Origin: Macrostomum lignano | Lineage: Eukaryota | DNA length: 64,000 nt | Assembly (NCBI GenBank): GCA_002269645.1 | Contig: NIVC01000815.1 | Location: 237,902 to 301,901 of the forward strand | Direction: 5' to 3' | Shown: positions 1 through 10,723 of the stretch, one piece after another | Position numbering within the stretch: the first letter of the stretch is position 1 | Layout: each line of letters starts with the position of its first letter | The notes under the pieces: generated by a model | Told to the model about the DNA's origin: nothing | What the model saw: the letters and a program-made list of their open reading frames with translations, nothing else | Databases searched by the model: none | Program-made: the position numbers and the translations under genes

Positions 1-169
1 CTCTTGGGCTTGCCGTTGACATAGTTTAGGATTTGCCGAATAAAACGCCAGCTCTGAAACGAAGTAATGAGCCTTTAAATTTAAATGAATAACCGTAACT
101 GCCGACTTGTAATAGTATATTAGAGACAATTTACCAGCTTTTATTCCGATCGATTGGAATTCATTTCAG

Positions 170-890
170 ACCAGCAGCAACAAGTCGAACCTGCGATGCC
201 GCGCCGTCAACCTGCAGCAACGGTGGCGACGTCATGGACGACCAGAAACGCTATTTGACCTTCAGCGACATAGCCAGTGGCATCGACCCGGAGGCCACGC
301 CAAATCAAGCTAAATCGGTTGTACGCTCGGAGACCATCGAACTCGAGTCCAGCCTAGATTTGGACAGATATCCGGGCTTAAGCGGCGTCGGGTCAGGCAG
401 TAAAAGTGGCATGCTACTCAAGGACGCCATCATGCGTTGTAGGCGCGAATCCGGAGCTAAAGTTCTCCGTCAGGAGGAAATTTCCTCCTAGGTATCGTCC
501 GCCGACGCGTTGAGCACACCTATCGGTCGAGCTTCCAACTACCGGACGCGTCAATTGTAGCTGTGACTCATCGCGAGGTGTATCACAGCACCGATCCGGA
601 AGTGGAGGTAATCGTTACTCTGGCACAAGCTGCTCCATCTGGTGGGCTCAAAACCAAGATCGGCGATGACATTAGTGTGTCTGAGTTAGCTAGAGAAAAC
701 CGTTGGGCCAGCTTGATGCTCTCTAGCGATGGTTACTATGACGACCAGCTGTGCATGATGCTGCTCGTTGTCACCGGTCGGGCCCAGCGCACCAAGAGGA
801 GACAGTTGTAGAGCCGAATTCATCAGCCGCCGCTGAGGCTCAAGCCGACCCAAATGTTGTTGACAACAACTCTTGCCTCGGAGATTAGCC
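170..890 (+). pseudogene. Coding-like 5' extension of the large ORF at 854-6285, broken by frameshifts and stops (a decaying 5' part or consensus indel errors)
   Basis: A TTTCAG acceptor-like site ends at 169. Protein-like stretches then alternate between frames: 171-491 (ends TAG), 461-811 (ends TAG, same frame as the 854 ORF) and about 742-888 (…HQEETVVEPNSSAAAEAQADPNVVDNNS…). No single frame is continuous. Confidence 0.4.
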
Positions 891-3661
891 TGCCGCATCC
901 ATTCGAGTACCAATCGATGTACGATGGAGACAAAGCCAGAAACGTTGATGAAGACGGCGAAGTGGTTGATCCGGTCGATAGAGAAGCATTGGTGAGGCGA
1001 ATCCTAGCTGACATTGATGCTTCGTACCGCTGCGGCTCCTGTGATTCTATTCGGCCAGACAATCGCCCAAGCGCAGTTGAAATCGGCGAGTTTTCTGTTG
1101 GCAGAGTTGGCGACCGAGCCCGGGTCATGTCAGCCTCAATGGATCACCTGGCTGTCACCGAGACTCGATCTCGACGCCGGATGCTCGCTTCGTCAGAGCG
1201 GTCCCATGTGGCTGAGTCAGACTCAAATTTGGCGGCAAAGGTGGCGGCCGAAAAAACTTCCGCAAACACTTGCCAGTTGTCTAACGCTTCGAGCTCCAGT
1301 CTTGGCTACGATTCCCACTCTTCTGTTTACAGCTCAGTAAGCCGGGTCTCCCGGAAACTTTCCATGTCTGATCGCGTCTATCTTGAGGTTCTCAGCGACG
1401 AGAGCCAATTAGTTAGCGACGCTGAAGAGAATGGCGACGATGAGGAATCGATTAATCGATGCCAGACGCAAGAGTTCTCACTGCCTCCGACGTCTACATT
1501 CTCTGCTATGGTTGATGAGCCTCATCATCAGAATCGAGAAAAGATTCAAGAGCAGCAGAACAACTCACAGCAGCAACAGCAGAAGCAGCTTCAGCGCTTA
1601 TCTCGGCGGAGGTGCTCAGCATGGACAGTTTCGAAACGGCTAGTGAAAAAAACCACTGAACATACCAAGGACACCGTGGACACGAGTGTAGACCAAGCGT
1701 TTACAGCGTCAGTATATGCTCGCCGACCATCCTTGTCACTTCCCGACTCTGGCGAACTTGCTCCTGCTGCTGCGCCAGCTATTGAACAAGTTGATGGTCC
1801 CGCTAACAAGGACTATGGCGCTATAGTCCGCCAGCGAGCCAAGAAATTTGAGAGTGCTGCACCGAGGTACGGTTCGAGGACAGCTGAAGAGCGTCGCTCA
1901 TATCAGGAACTGCAGGACACCGGCGCGGTGGCGCAGACAGCCCAGGTTCACGAGGCGTACATCAAGCAGCATGAGATGCAGCCGGCTCCTGGGCAGTTTT
2001 GCCTTGATGTTGAATCTGATTCTCAGGAAAGATTTGTTTACCAACGAAACCAAGATTTGGAGAGTAAAGAAATAGTTGACGAGATTACTCACAGTAGTAG
2101 AAGTGATCTATCAGCCATCGAACATGAGGCTATGATGATTAAAAGCAGCCTGAAATCGGCTCAAACATATCGCAGCCGTCCAAACATAATACCATCTACC
2201 CTTGCTGGTCCGACTGCCGCTAACGAAAGTGCAGCGTCTGTCAGCAAAGGTGAACACCGAGCACAGGACGATTTGACACAGATTCTATCCGCTAACATTG
2301 GCGATAGCTTTGCAGCAAAGGAATTGTCTTCTGTCGAAAATGCATCTTCCGTTAAGAGAGAGCAGCTTGAACCTAGCATGACTCCAAAGACGCCTGAGCC
2401 TAGTAAACAGGAGAATTTGGCGCCATTAGCATTAGAGGATACTGAAATTAGTGAAGAAAAAAGTTCCGCGGCTAAAGGCAGCACTCAAGCAACTAATATT
2501 CATCACATGATACCCACAAAGAAACCTATTTTATCGTCTCCTGTAAATAAAAAGTCCGCCTCTACAACTTCAGTTGCCGACCATCGGGGCCAAGAAGATC
2601 TGATTCAAATTCAACACACGTCAGGTACTGCCAGTGGGATTGAAATTTCAATCGTAGAAAACTCAGAAGCGACAGAAGAGACTCAGTTTAGTCCCAGCTT
2701 GTCTGAATCTGTGCTTGTTTGTCCAGCCGCTCCCAACGAAAGCATTTCTTTATCAGCAGCAACTGCAAGTCAGGAGCTAAGGGGTCAAGAAGACCTTACT
2801 TTGCATATTCCGTCAACCGTCTGCGTAGAAAATGAGATGGATAAAATTAGAAAATCAGATGAGCTAAAACTGCTCAGCCCCAGCTTGCCAACATCTGTTC
2901 GGGTTCGACCAACGGACCCAAAGTTCAAGGGCCAGGAAAATTTTATTGCGGGTACTCAGGTTTTAAATGCCACAATAAAGGATGAAAACGAAGCTGACGA
3001 AGGCCAGTTTGGTTGCAGCTCAACATTTCCGGTTAAAGCTGTATCAAAAATTGGCTCTACATCTACATTCGCAGTCACTAAGCACCGGGGACAAGAGGAT
3101 CGGATGCTTCGGATACCAGCGGCTGAAATTAGTGCTGAAGCATGCGAAGAGTCGGGCGGCAATGACAAGCAGTTTAACCCTCCTGACTTGCTATCATCGA
3201 TCCGCACAAACACTGCCGAGCAGCCTAATGCCATTAGTTCAAGTTCGTCCTCTCAGACAGACAGCGATTCCGAAACGGATGAAGAGGCGAGCGCCTACGG
3301 TGAAATTCCACGGCAGGTAGCGCTCGGTCAGTCACTAATTTCGACGCCTCTCACTACGATTTCCGAGGAGCTGCCGTTGTCAAATCAGCCCAAAACTCTA
3401 CAGCCTTCGGAGTCTATTGCTATTGTTGGACGTCATTCTGATTTGTCAAAAGAGCCAACAGTTCTTATTAAGCCGTCTGCTCCGCTAGTCAGGCTAGAAG
3501 ACATGGAGCTGGCCTGCTCAAGTGTTGGCTCGCAGTCAGACGCCGGCTCCGGTACCGAATACGTGGAAGATGAAAGTTTTTCGAAGGCATCTAGTGCCAC
3601 TTTTCAATTGGGACGCGGTTCAAGCGTTAGTACCCCGAAAAAAGTCAAAGCAGCAATTTAA
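854..3661 (+). CDS. Large S/E/A/T-rich, probably disordered protein, part 1, with five degenerate HRGQEDL-type repeats; no recognisable domain
   Basis: 935-codon ORF in non-repetitive DNA. Internal protein-level repeats at 2252, 2579, 2774, 2921 and 3080 all lie in frame. The true start is uncertain. Confidence 0.7.
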   Translation: MLLTTTLASEISLPHPFEYQSMYDGDKARNVDEDGEVVDPVDREALVRRILADIDASYRCGSCDSIRPDNRPSAVEIGEFSVGRVGDRARVMSASMDHLAVTETRSRRRMLASSERSHVAESDSNLAAKVAAEKTSANTCQLSNASSSSLGYDSHSSVYSSVSRVSRKLSMSDRVYLEVLSDESQLVSDAEENGDDEESINRCQTQEFSLPPTSTFSAMVDEPHHQNREKIQEQQNNSQQQQQKQLQRLSRRRCSAWTVSKRLVKKTTEHTKDTVDTSVDQAFTASVYARRPSLSLPDSGELAPAAAPAIEQVDGPANKDYGAIVRQRAKKFESAAPRYGSRTAEERRSYQELQDTGAVAQTAQVHEAYIKQHEMQPAPGQFCLDVESDSQERFVYQRNQDLESKEIVDEITHSSRSDLSAIEHEAMMIKSSLKSAQTYRSRPNIIPSTLAGPTAANESAASVSKGEHRAQDDLTQILSANIGDSFAAKELSSVENASSVKREQLEPSMTPKTPEPSKQENLAPLALEDTEISEEKSSAAKGSTQATNIHHMIPTKKPILSSPVNKKSASTTSVADHRGQEDLIQIQHTSGTASGIEISIVENSEATEETQFSPSLSESVLVCPAAPNESISLSAATASQELRGQEDLTLHIPSTVCVENEMDKIRKSDELKLLSPSLPTSVRVRPTDPKFKGQENFIAGTQVLNATIKDENEADEGQFGCSSTFPVKAVSKIGSTSTFAVTKHRGQEDRMLRIPAAEISAEACEESGGNDKQFNPPDLLSSIRTNTAEQPNAISSSSSSQTDSDSETDEEASAYGEIPRQVALGQSLISTPLTTISEELPLSNQPKTLQPSESIAIVGRHSDLSKEPTVLIKPSAPLVRLEDMELACSSVGSQSDAGSGTEYVEDESFSKASSATFQLGRGSSVSTPKKVKAAI

Positions 3662-6285
3662 CGAAGACAAGTGACGCTGATACAGCTCCTGCGAGCAAGT
3701 CATTAGGGAAAGAAACTCAGAAAAAACCATCTAACAAGTCTCGTAGCTTTAGTGGTAGAAATCGAATCAAGAAAACTACACCTAGCAACAAGCCGGAGGA
3801 AGCTAGGGCTGCTGAGCATTTACAGAAGTCTGTTACTTCACAACCAGTATCGAAAGAGCAAAAGCCCAGGGCATCCGCTGACGACTCGCTGCAATGCTTG
3901 GAAGAGAGCTTTTCAATGACGCTTTCTGCAACACTTCAAGCAGGCCGCTTTGTAACCAGTCATTCCACTAGCAACAAGACAGTTGCTGCGGGCACTGAGC
4001 AGAAATCGGTTCCAGTCCCTAAATCAAGCCAATTAAATTCAGCTGCTGCAGCCACTAAGACATTTGATGATAGCTTTCAACAAACACAAAAAGAGGAGCC
4101 CAAATTTTGCGGTTCGCCATCATCTACCGGCAAGTCTCGAAGCTTTAGTAACAGAATTCGCGTTAAGAAAAGCACACCTGGCAACAATTCAGATGTTAAG
4201 AGCACTGAACAGGTGCAAAAGTTAGTTTCGGTGCCCGGATCTAATGAGTTAAAAGCAAGCGCCACACCCTCCATTGAGGAGTCTTGCAATTCAACAAAAT
4301 CTCAGGGAGACCAGAATCTAGCCGCTGAGAGGCCGAGCAAAAAGGCGATCAAGTCCTCCTTTAGATCTAAGAAGACAACAGGCTCAGTATCACCGACATC
4401 GCCACTAGTTGAAGATGATGGTAAGAAAGCTGATCAGCAAAAGCCCGAACATCAAATGAACTCTATTGTACCGATCGAAGACAACATTGAAGCATTAAGT
4501 TTTTCGCAATTCGCCAGTCTTATGCTTCAATCGCACAGTGATATCGCGATCGAAAGCAGCAATAGCTTGCAGCTGCAGTGTCAGCAGCCGTCTCTGCATA
4601 GATCTCCCTGCAACAGCGCCTGTGCTATGAATGACAGTCTAAAACAGCCGGAGTTAATAGCGTTTGCTACGTCCACCTCGGCACTTAAGCAGAACATCAG
4701 GAACAGTCATGTTGGATCAGTCAACTGCACAGCAGATATTGCTTCCGTTGAGGCGCTATCTTTTGCACCAAAAAGACCACTGCGGCTTTGTAGTCACATG
4801 GAGCCAAGTGTGCTACCAATTGCTACCCCATCGCCAGCAGCTGCCGCAGCTACCAGTCCCACGCCCCAGCCTCGACGCTCTAAATTCAGCCGGCGAAGGC
4901 AGTCACAAAAGAAGCTTAGCAAAACATCATCGCCGTCGTCGTCGCCGTCTGTTGAACGCTCGTCGACTTTACCAACGCCATCTCCATCCTCACCGAAGTC
5001 ACCATCGTCAACGCTGTCTTCGTCATGGCCGGTAACACAGGATGACTCGAAACCCGAAAGTAATCAGCAACAGACGCCAGTCTATTCGCGCCAGGAGACG
5101 GGCGAATTTTATTTGCGAACTTCCGACGGCGAAGAGAATACAGGCGTCGAAGACGACACTAGGTCTTCAGCCGTTGGCGCAGCCGTCACGCCTCTGTCAT
5201 CACTCACTCCTGCTAGTTCGCCAACGCCGTCGCCTTCGCTTCCGTCGCCGACGGGCTTCGCTGGCATTGTCAACAATCCTCTGTCGGCTTCGTCAGATGG
5301 TGAGCTAAAATTTGAAAGCTATATTAAATTAGAACCGAACCTATGTAACCGCTCCTATTTTGTTTCATTAGAATCGGAAGAAAATGACATGGCATCCATC
5401 GGTGACAGCGAACTGTCAGATGCTCGATCCGTTGAGGCAAGCTCCGACAAGCCGATAGAGCGTCAGGGTGCGGCGGCTACGGTAACACCAGCAGCGGCGG
5501 CCTCCAAGTCGCTGCCGCAGCCGCTGCCAGCCGATCCGTTCGGTGCCGGCGCTATCGACTTCCTGCTAGCCTGTTTGAATCGGCGCGAACTGCCGAACCA
5601 GCCAGTGGTCGCGGCCCGATCAAATCCGTATCTCAGTGTGACACCTGTCGCCGCCGCTGGTCCGACAGGCGTCAATCCAGCTGCCTCTGCGTCAATGGAC
5701 GAGCTCAACCGTCGGGCTTATCTGTCCAAGGGCATCGTCGACGTCAAACAGCAGCCGCGTCATCGACGCCGGATTCGTCGACGCCGACACCGGCTTGGCG
5801 GCGGCTCCTACTACCGGCACAGCTCGTCCGCGCTGTCTCTGCTGCGCGAACCGTCCTACCTGGCGCTGGCTCTGTCCATCCGACGCCGGCACGAAACGCC
5901 GTCCCCTAAACGATCAAGAAGCTACGTACGTTACAATACCGAGGATACGGACGAGGGCGAAGCTGACGACGGCGAGGATTTGAATGAGTCGGACGATTAC
6001 GAGGAGGAGTACAGCTACTATCAGCAGCAGTCCTATTACTACGGACAGACGGAGGCAGATCGGCGTGCCCAGGGAGCTCGGCAGCTTGATAAGCAGCGTC
6101 GGGCTCGCTCAATGCCGATTCCCGGACCGGAGGAGGTCGGCGGCGAGGTCGACGGCGAGGAAGCGGCCGGGGCGACGCTGTGGCCGTACGGCCGGCGTCG
6201 TAAACGACAGCGGCGTCAACGTCGCAAAGGTCGACGCGCGGTGTTCCTGTCGGCCGCCAATCTGGTGTACGAGACCAGCCTGTAG
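3631..6285 (+). CDS. Large disordered protein, part 2 (-1 frame relative to part 1), ending in a class I PDZ-ligand-like LVYETSL*
   Basis: The frame is open from 3631 (after TAG at 3628-3630) to TAG at 6283-6285 and overlaps part 1 by 31 nt across CCCCGAAAAAAG. The motif KSRSFS..R.(R/I).KK.TP occurs at both 3736 and 4132, so 3661-3897 is coding even though the ORF track starts at 3898. Confidence 0.72.
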   Translation, partial: YPEKSQSSNLTKTSDADTAPASKSLGKETQKKPSNKSRSFSGRNRIKKTTPSNKPEEARAAEHLQKSVTSQPVSKEQKPRASADDSLQCLEESFSMTLSATLQAGRFVTSHSTSNKTVAAGTEQKSVPVPKSSQLNSAAAATKTFDDSFQQTQKEEPKFCGSPSSTGKSRSFSNRIRVKKSTPGNNSDVKSTEQVQKLVSVPGSNELKASATPSIEESCNSTKSQGDQNLAAERPSKKAIKSSFRSKKTTGSVSPTSPLVEDDGKKADQQKPEHQMNSIVPIEDNIEALSFSQFASLMLQSHSDIAIESSNSLQLQCQQPSLHRSPCNSACAMNDSLKQPELIAFATSTSALKQNIRNSHVGSVNCTADIASVEALSFAPKRPLRLCSHMEPSVLPIATPSPAAAAATSPTPQPRRSKFSRRRQSQKKLSKTSSPSSSPSVERSSTLPTPSPSSPKSPSSTLSSSWPVTQDDSKPESNQQQTPVYSRQETGEFYLRTSDGEENTGVEDDTRSSAVGAAVTPLSSLTPASSPTPSPSLPSPTGFAGIVNNPLSASSDGELKFESYIKLEPNLCNRSYFVSLESEENDMASIGDSELSDARSVEASSDKPIERQGAAATVTPAAAASKSLPQPLPADPFGAGAIDFLLACLNRRELPNQPVVAARSNPYLSVTPVAAAGPTGVNPAASASMDELNRRAYLSKGIVDVKQQPRHRRRIRRRRHRLGGGSYYRHSSSALSLLREPSYLALALSIRRRHETPSPKRSRSYVRYNTEDTDEGEADDGEDLNESDDYEEEYSYYQQQSYYYGQTEADRRAQGARQLDKQRRARSMPIPGPEEVGGEVDGEEAAGATLWPYGRRRKRQRRQRRKGRRAVFLSAANLVYETSL

Positions 6286-6555
6286 GGGGGTACTGCGGTT
6301 TTGAATTCAAATCCAATATTTCCGAGTAAACTTTTGGTGTGCAAATTTTGTTAGGCTATATAGTGTAAACTTTCTTGTTTAAGCTTCTTTGTTTTTGGTC
6401 ACTCCGCATGTGAGATTTTCGAGTCGGTGTCTCTCTATAAGTGAGATTTTGCTGTCGCTGTCTCTTGAGGCGGTAGATTTTTACTGTAGTGCTACATGCA
6501 TCTGTCTACTTTTGTGTTAAATTTTAAGCCACAATTTTCATGAATTTCTCATGAA

Positions 6556-6722
6556 GAAATCCCGTGGGGAATCCCTGCTATGATGTAAATTGGTGAAATC
6601 CGTGGCCGGGGAATCCCTGCCATGCTGTACATTGGGGAAATCCATGGGGAATCCCCGCTACAATGTACATTGGTGAAATCTGTGGCCGGGGAATCCCTGC
6701 CATGATGTACATTGGGAAACCC
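6556..6722. repeat. Degenerate tandem repeat, about 4 units alternating ~39 and ~42 bp (GAAATCC..GGGGAATCCCTGC..ATGTACATTGG)
   Basis: Units start near 6556, 6595, 6637 and 6675. Confidence 0.8.
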
Positions 6723-7404
6723 TTAGGTAATACCTGCTTTCATTGTAATGTTTCTGATAAGGAAGTTAATAGATATTATGTGATTACATATTATTGTAGC
6801 TTGTACTAAAAGGCCTATTGGCAATGCGTCATTAAGTTATGCTAATATAAGTAGTTCATTGAGCTTTTCTGGTACGAGCGTACAATAATATTTTCAATTC
6901 GTTTCTAACATTCCGTGCGATCTCGCAATTTTACTAATAGTAGTATATAGCTACACAGATGCTACAGACCAATGCTTAAACGGTGCAGCGCACAATTTCA
7001 ATGCTGTGATTCGAATATCAGTGTTTTTCGGTCTTTTGCCATTAGTTTTTCCGTATTACTAATATTTTACGCGCGACGATGTACAGCTGCGTATCTTTAC
7101 ATGTATCTCGATTTGACGTATTTAAGCTTTATTTACAAAGTCATTTCGATGTAGAATTGTTTTATTCCTTGGTCACTGGACAACCACACATTGTATTTCT
7201 GTATAATACAGCTATGCACTTTTGCATGCCGCCATTGATTTCGAATTTCGCTCCTCCAGTGCCCTGATTTCTGTTGTTTAATCGAGGCAGTTTATTTATA
7301 GAGTTGATCACAATTGACATTGTTCGATAAGATTGCATTAGGCACGATTTTGAAGTCTATAGCTTACATCGGTGATTGAGATATTGAGGTCGAAAATTTT
7401 ACTG

Positions 7405-7995
7405 AGGTGAGATTTTGAGATCGATAGCCTTATTGGGTGAGATTTTGAGATCGATAGCCTTATTGGGTGAGATTTTGAGATCTATAGCCTTATTGGGTGA
7501 GATTTTGAGATCGATAGCCTTATTGGGTGAGATTTTGAGATCGATAGCCTTATTGGGTGAGATTTTGAGATCGATAGCCTTATTGGGTGAGATTTTGAGA
7601 TCTATAGCCTTATTGGGGTGAGATTTTGAGATCTATAGCCTTATTGGGGTGAGATTTTGATATCTATAGCCCTATTGGGGTGAGATTTTGGTATCTATAG
7701 CCTTTTTGGGGTGAGATTTTGAGATCTATAGCCTTATTGGGGTGAGATTTTGGTATCTATAGCCCTATTGGGGTGAGATTTCGGTATCTATAGCCTTATT
7801 GGGGTGAGATTTTGGTATCCATAGCTTTATTGTGGTGAGATTTTGATATTTATAGCCTCATTGGGGTGAGATTTTAAAATCTATACCCTGAGATTTTGAG
7901 ATCGATAACCTGAGATTTTGAGATCGATAACCTGAGATTTTGAGATCGATACACTGAGGTTTCGAGATCGATACCCTGAGATTTTGAGATCGATC
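7405..7995. repeat. Minisatellite, 30-31-bp unit (GGTGAGATTTTGAGATCGATAGCCTTATTG), grading into a 22-bp derivative
   Basis: Direct inspection; explains the RSIALLGEIL repeat ORF. Confidence 0.95.
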
Positions 7996-9174
7996 ATCTC
8001 CACCGGCTTTGAATTTGAGTTTGCACGTCAAATTAACGTTGAAAGATTTCGATTTCAATGATTTTTAATTAATACTATACGGTCAATAAAGCGTTTTTCT
8101 CCAATAACTTAGCACGCGCAAACACAGCAACAGCTGACTAATGGTGTGATTGTTCATTGCTTTAATCTCGGCAAACTAATTCCTATGTATAGTTATATAT
8201 ATATATATTTATATTATGAATTTACTTCAAATTTCAGTCAAATGCATTCCCTATATTCAGGAGTATTATATAACGCCACAGAAGTTGATTTTTTAGACTT
8301 TAATATCCGTAATGTTGTTTGAACAAGTGCTCCGGTTTTATTATTATTTCATTAGCTGAAAAGTAATTTTAATTGGGTCGGTCCTTGCAGCGGCAGAAAC
8401 TATTGATAATTCAACTGAAATATGAATTTTACAAATAATACGGAACTTTAACTACTACATGGGAAATGCAGGGTGTCAAAATTAGAATTGACGTGTCATG
8501 ACGTCCGCTATGACACTAAAGATACCCGGTATATAAGTTATTATGAGTGATAAGCTATAGCTATAATATGTAAAGCCTGCTTAAACGTGCAGTTCAGTCA
8601 TTTCTGATTTCTCTCTATCATCGATAAATTGTCTGCTCTTATCAGCAACCACGAGAAGAGACAGAGAGTTGATGAAGAGAGATGGGGATCGGCCATTAAT
8701 CAGTTAGTCCAATATAAGCGATCTGTGTGCTGTGCTTTAGCATCCCCCCCTTTAGCCCGCACGGTCGATTTGGATAAAGCCTAGTAGATGTACTGTATGT
8801 AAATGCGGTGCCCAGGATCAGAGCACGCAGCCTCTCTCTCCCCCTGCTCCCAAGCCTCCAATCTCGCTGACATCAGCTATATAGATTTACTAATTGCGAC
8901 CTCTTCTCTGACCACATACGAGTATTGGATCCCTACAGCACTGCAGAGCTGCGCTGAGGGCGGACTGTCTATCTCAATCTTAGCTATGTTTAGTCATTTG
9001 TAATCGGTGATGGAGTTATAATACCTGATTTAATTAGCGTTTTATTAAAGCTAGACAATGTCGGATATCGTTCTCTAGAAATTCAAACAGTCGTTTCTGT
9101 ATTATTGTTCTCATCAATCTTTACAGTAACCCCTTTTTGCCATAAAATCAATCCTGTCTCTGCCTTTCGGGGTC

Positions 9175-10000
9175 ACCCTGTCATTTCCCGATCCTTCCGA
9201 TGTCACTCTTCCATCCTTCCGCTGTCATTCTTCCATCCTTCCGCTGTCACTCTTCCATCCTTCCGCTGTCACTCTTCCATCCTTCCGCTGTCACTCTTCC
9301 TTCCTTCCGATGTCACTCTTCCATCCTTCCGCTGTCACTCTTCCATCCTTCCGCTGTCATTTCCCGATCCTTCCGCTGTCACTCTTCCATCCTTCAGATG
9401 TCACTCTTCCATCCTTCCGCTGTCACTCTTCCATCCTTCCGATGTCACTCTTCCATCCTTCCGCTGTCACTCTTCCATCCTTCCGATGTCACTCTTCCAT
9501 CCTTCCGCTGTCACTCTTCCATCCTTCCGATGTCATTTCCCGATCATTCCGCTGTCACTCTTCCATCCTTCCGATGTCATTTCCCGATCCTTCCGCTGTC
9601 ACTCTTCCATCCTTCCGCTGTCACTCTTCCATCCTTCCGCTGTCACTCTTCCATCCTTCCGATGTCACTCTTCCATCCTTCCGCTGTCATTTCCCGATCC
9701 TTCCGCTGTCATTTCCCGATCCTTCCGCTGTCACTCTTCCATCCTTCCGATGTCACTCTTCCATCCTTCCGCTGTCACTCTTCCATCCTTCCGATGTCAC
9801 TCTTCCATCCTTCCGCTGTCATTCTTCCATCCTTCCGCTGTCACTCTTCCATCCTTCCGCTGTCACTCTTCCATCCTTCCGCTGTCATTCTTCCATCCTT
9901 CCGCTGTCACTCTTCCATCCTTCCGCTGTCATTTCCGTGTCCTTCCGCTGTCATTTCCCTATCCTTCCACTGTCAGTTCCCTATCATTCCACTGTCAGTT
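9175..10000. repeat. Minisatellite, 22-bp unit (TTCCATCCTTCCGCTGTCACTC)
   Basis: Direct inspection; explains three overlapping repetitive ORFs. Confidence 0.95.
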
Positions 10001-10605
10001 GCCTATCCTTCCAGAATAATTCAATGATAATTCCAGTATCCTTCCGAGTTTAATTAATCAACTTATCCCAGGTCATTAACTTCTGCACCTCCCCCCCCCA
10101 GAAAAGGTCGGGCAGAACTTTAATTTTGAACCAAACATCAGCAGCGCTGGGGCGAAGGGTTCCATAGACAGGAAGGGAGAGAGAGAGAGAGAGCCCCAAT
10201 TGATAAGAGTAGAAGAACATGCTTCTCGGATCAATGGCCTGAGAATCGAGGCCAGGACTAGCAGGACGCTGCGCAGAGCGGGCTGGGGCCGCATCATGGC
10301 AAATCAGAATCGAGGCGCACATAAGCCTGAGGGGCTGGGAGAGGCAGGCAGAGAGACACAGAGGTTACTGGGGATCTGGCGTGTGTTTGGTAGCCTTGAG
10401 TTTGAGCTGGAAGGATGAAGGCGGAGGCCTAGCACGCGGATGATCGTTCCTTTTTCCTCTAGCCTTGCTCTCTCTGCCCCCCCCGCTCCGCTCTCTCGTC
10501 GTGGATTATTGCGAGGAATCGCGCGAGTCATACAGATAGAGAGAGAAAGAGGTCACAATATTGGCCTGGCCCTAGCCTATAGCTTAACTCCAGGCTACCA
10601 ATCTC

Positions 10606-10611
10606 TATATA
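10606..10611 (+). promoter_or_regulatory. Possible TATA element for the 147-aa ORF
   Basis: TATATA about 115 nt upstream of the ATG at 10724, with GA-repeat tracts further upstream. Confidence 0.3.
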
Positions 10612-10723
10612 GCGTTCCCGTTGCTAAAGCCCACTATCGCTCAGGCGACTGAGCTAACCAGTGCTATATTGTGCTTGGAAATCCAAACTCCCTGCACCCG
10701 GGTGATTACTCCCGCCCGGAGCG

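Noticed and set aside
809-811. Stop-codon readthrough or recoding at the in-frame TAG joining 563-811 to the 854 ORF
   Set aside because: An alternative frame (about 742-888) looks more protein-like across this point, and neighbouring frameshifts favour indels or decay over recoding.
3631-3661. Programmed -1 ribosomal frameshift as the primary explanation
   Set aside because: The heptamer is non-canonical (G_AAA_AAA) and I saw no obvious downstream stimulatory stem. A homopolymer error is simpler; it is kept only as a testable alternative.
8693-8702. Single TGATTAATGG PBX-HOX site (minus strand)
   Set aside because: An isolated 10-mer with no supporting cluster, far from Hox1; a chance occurrence is plausible.
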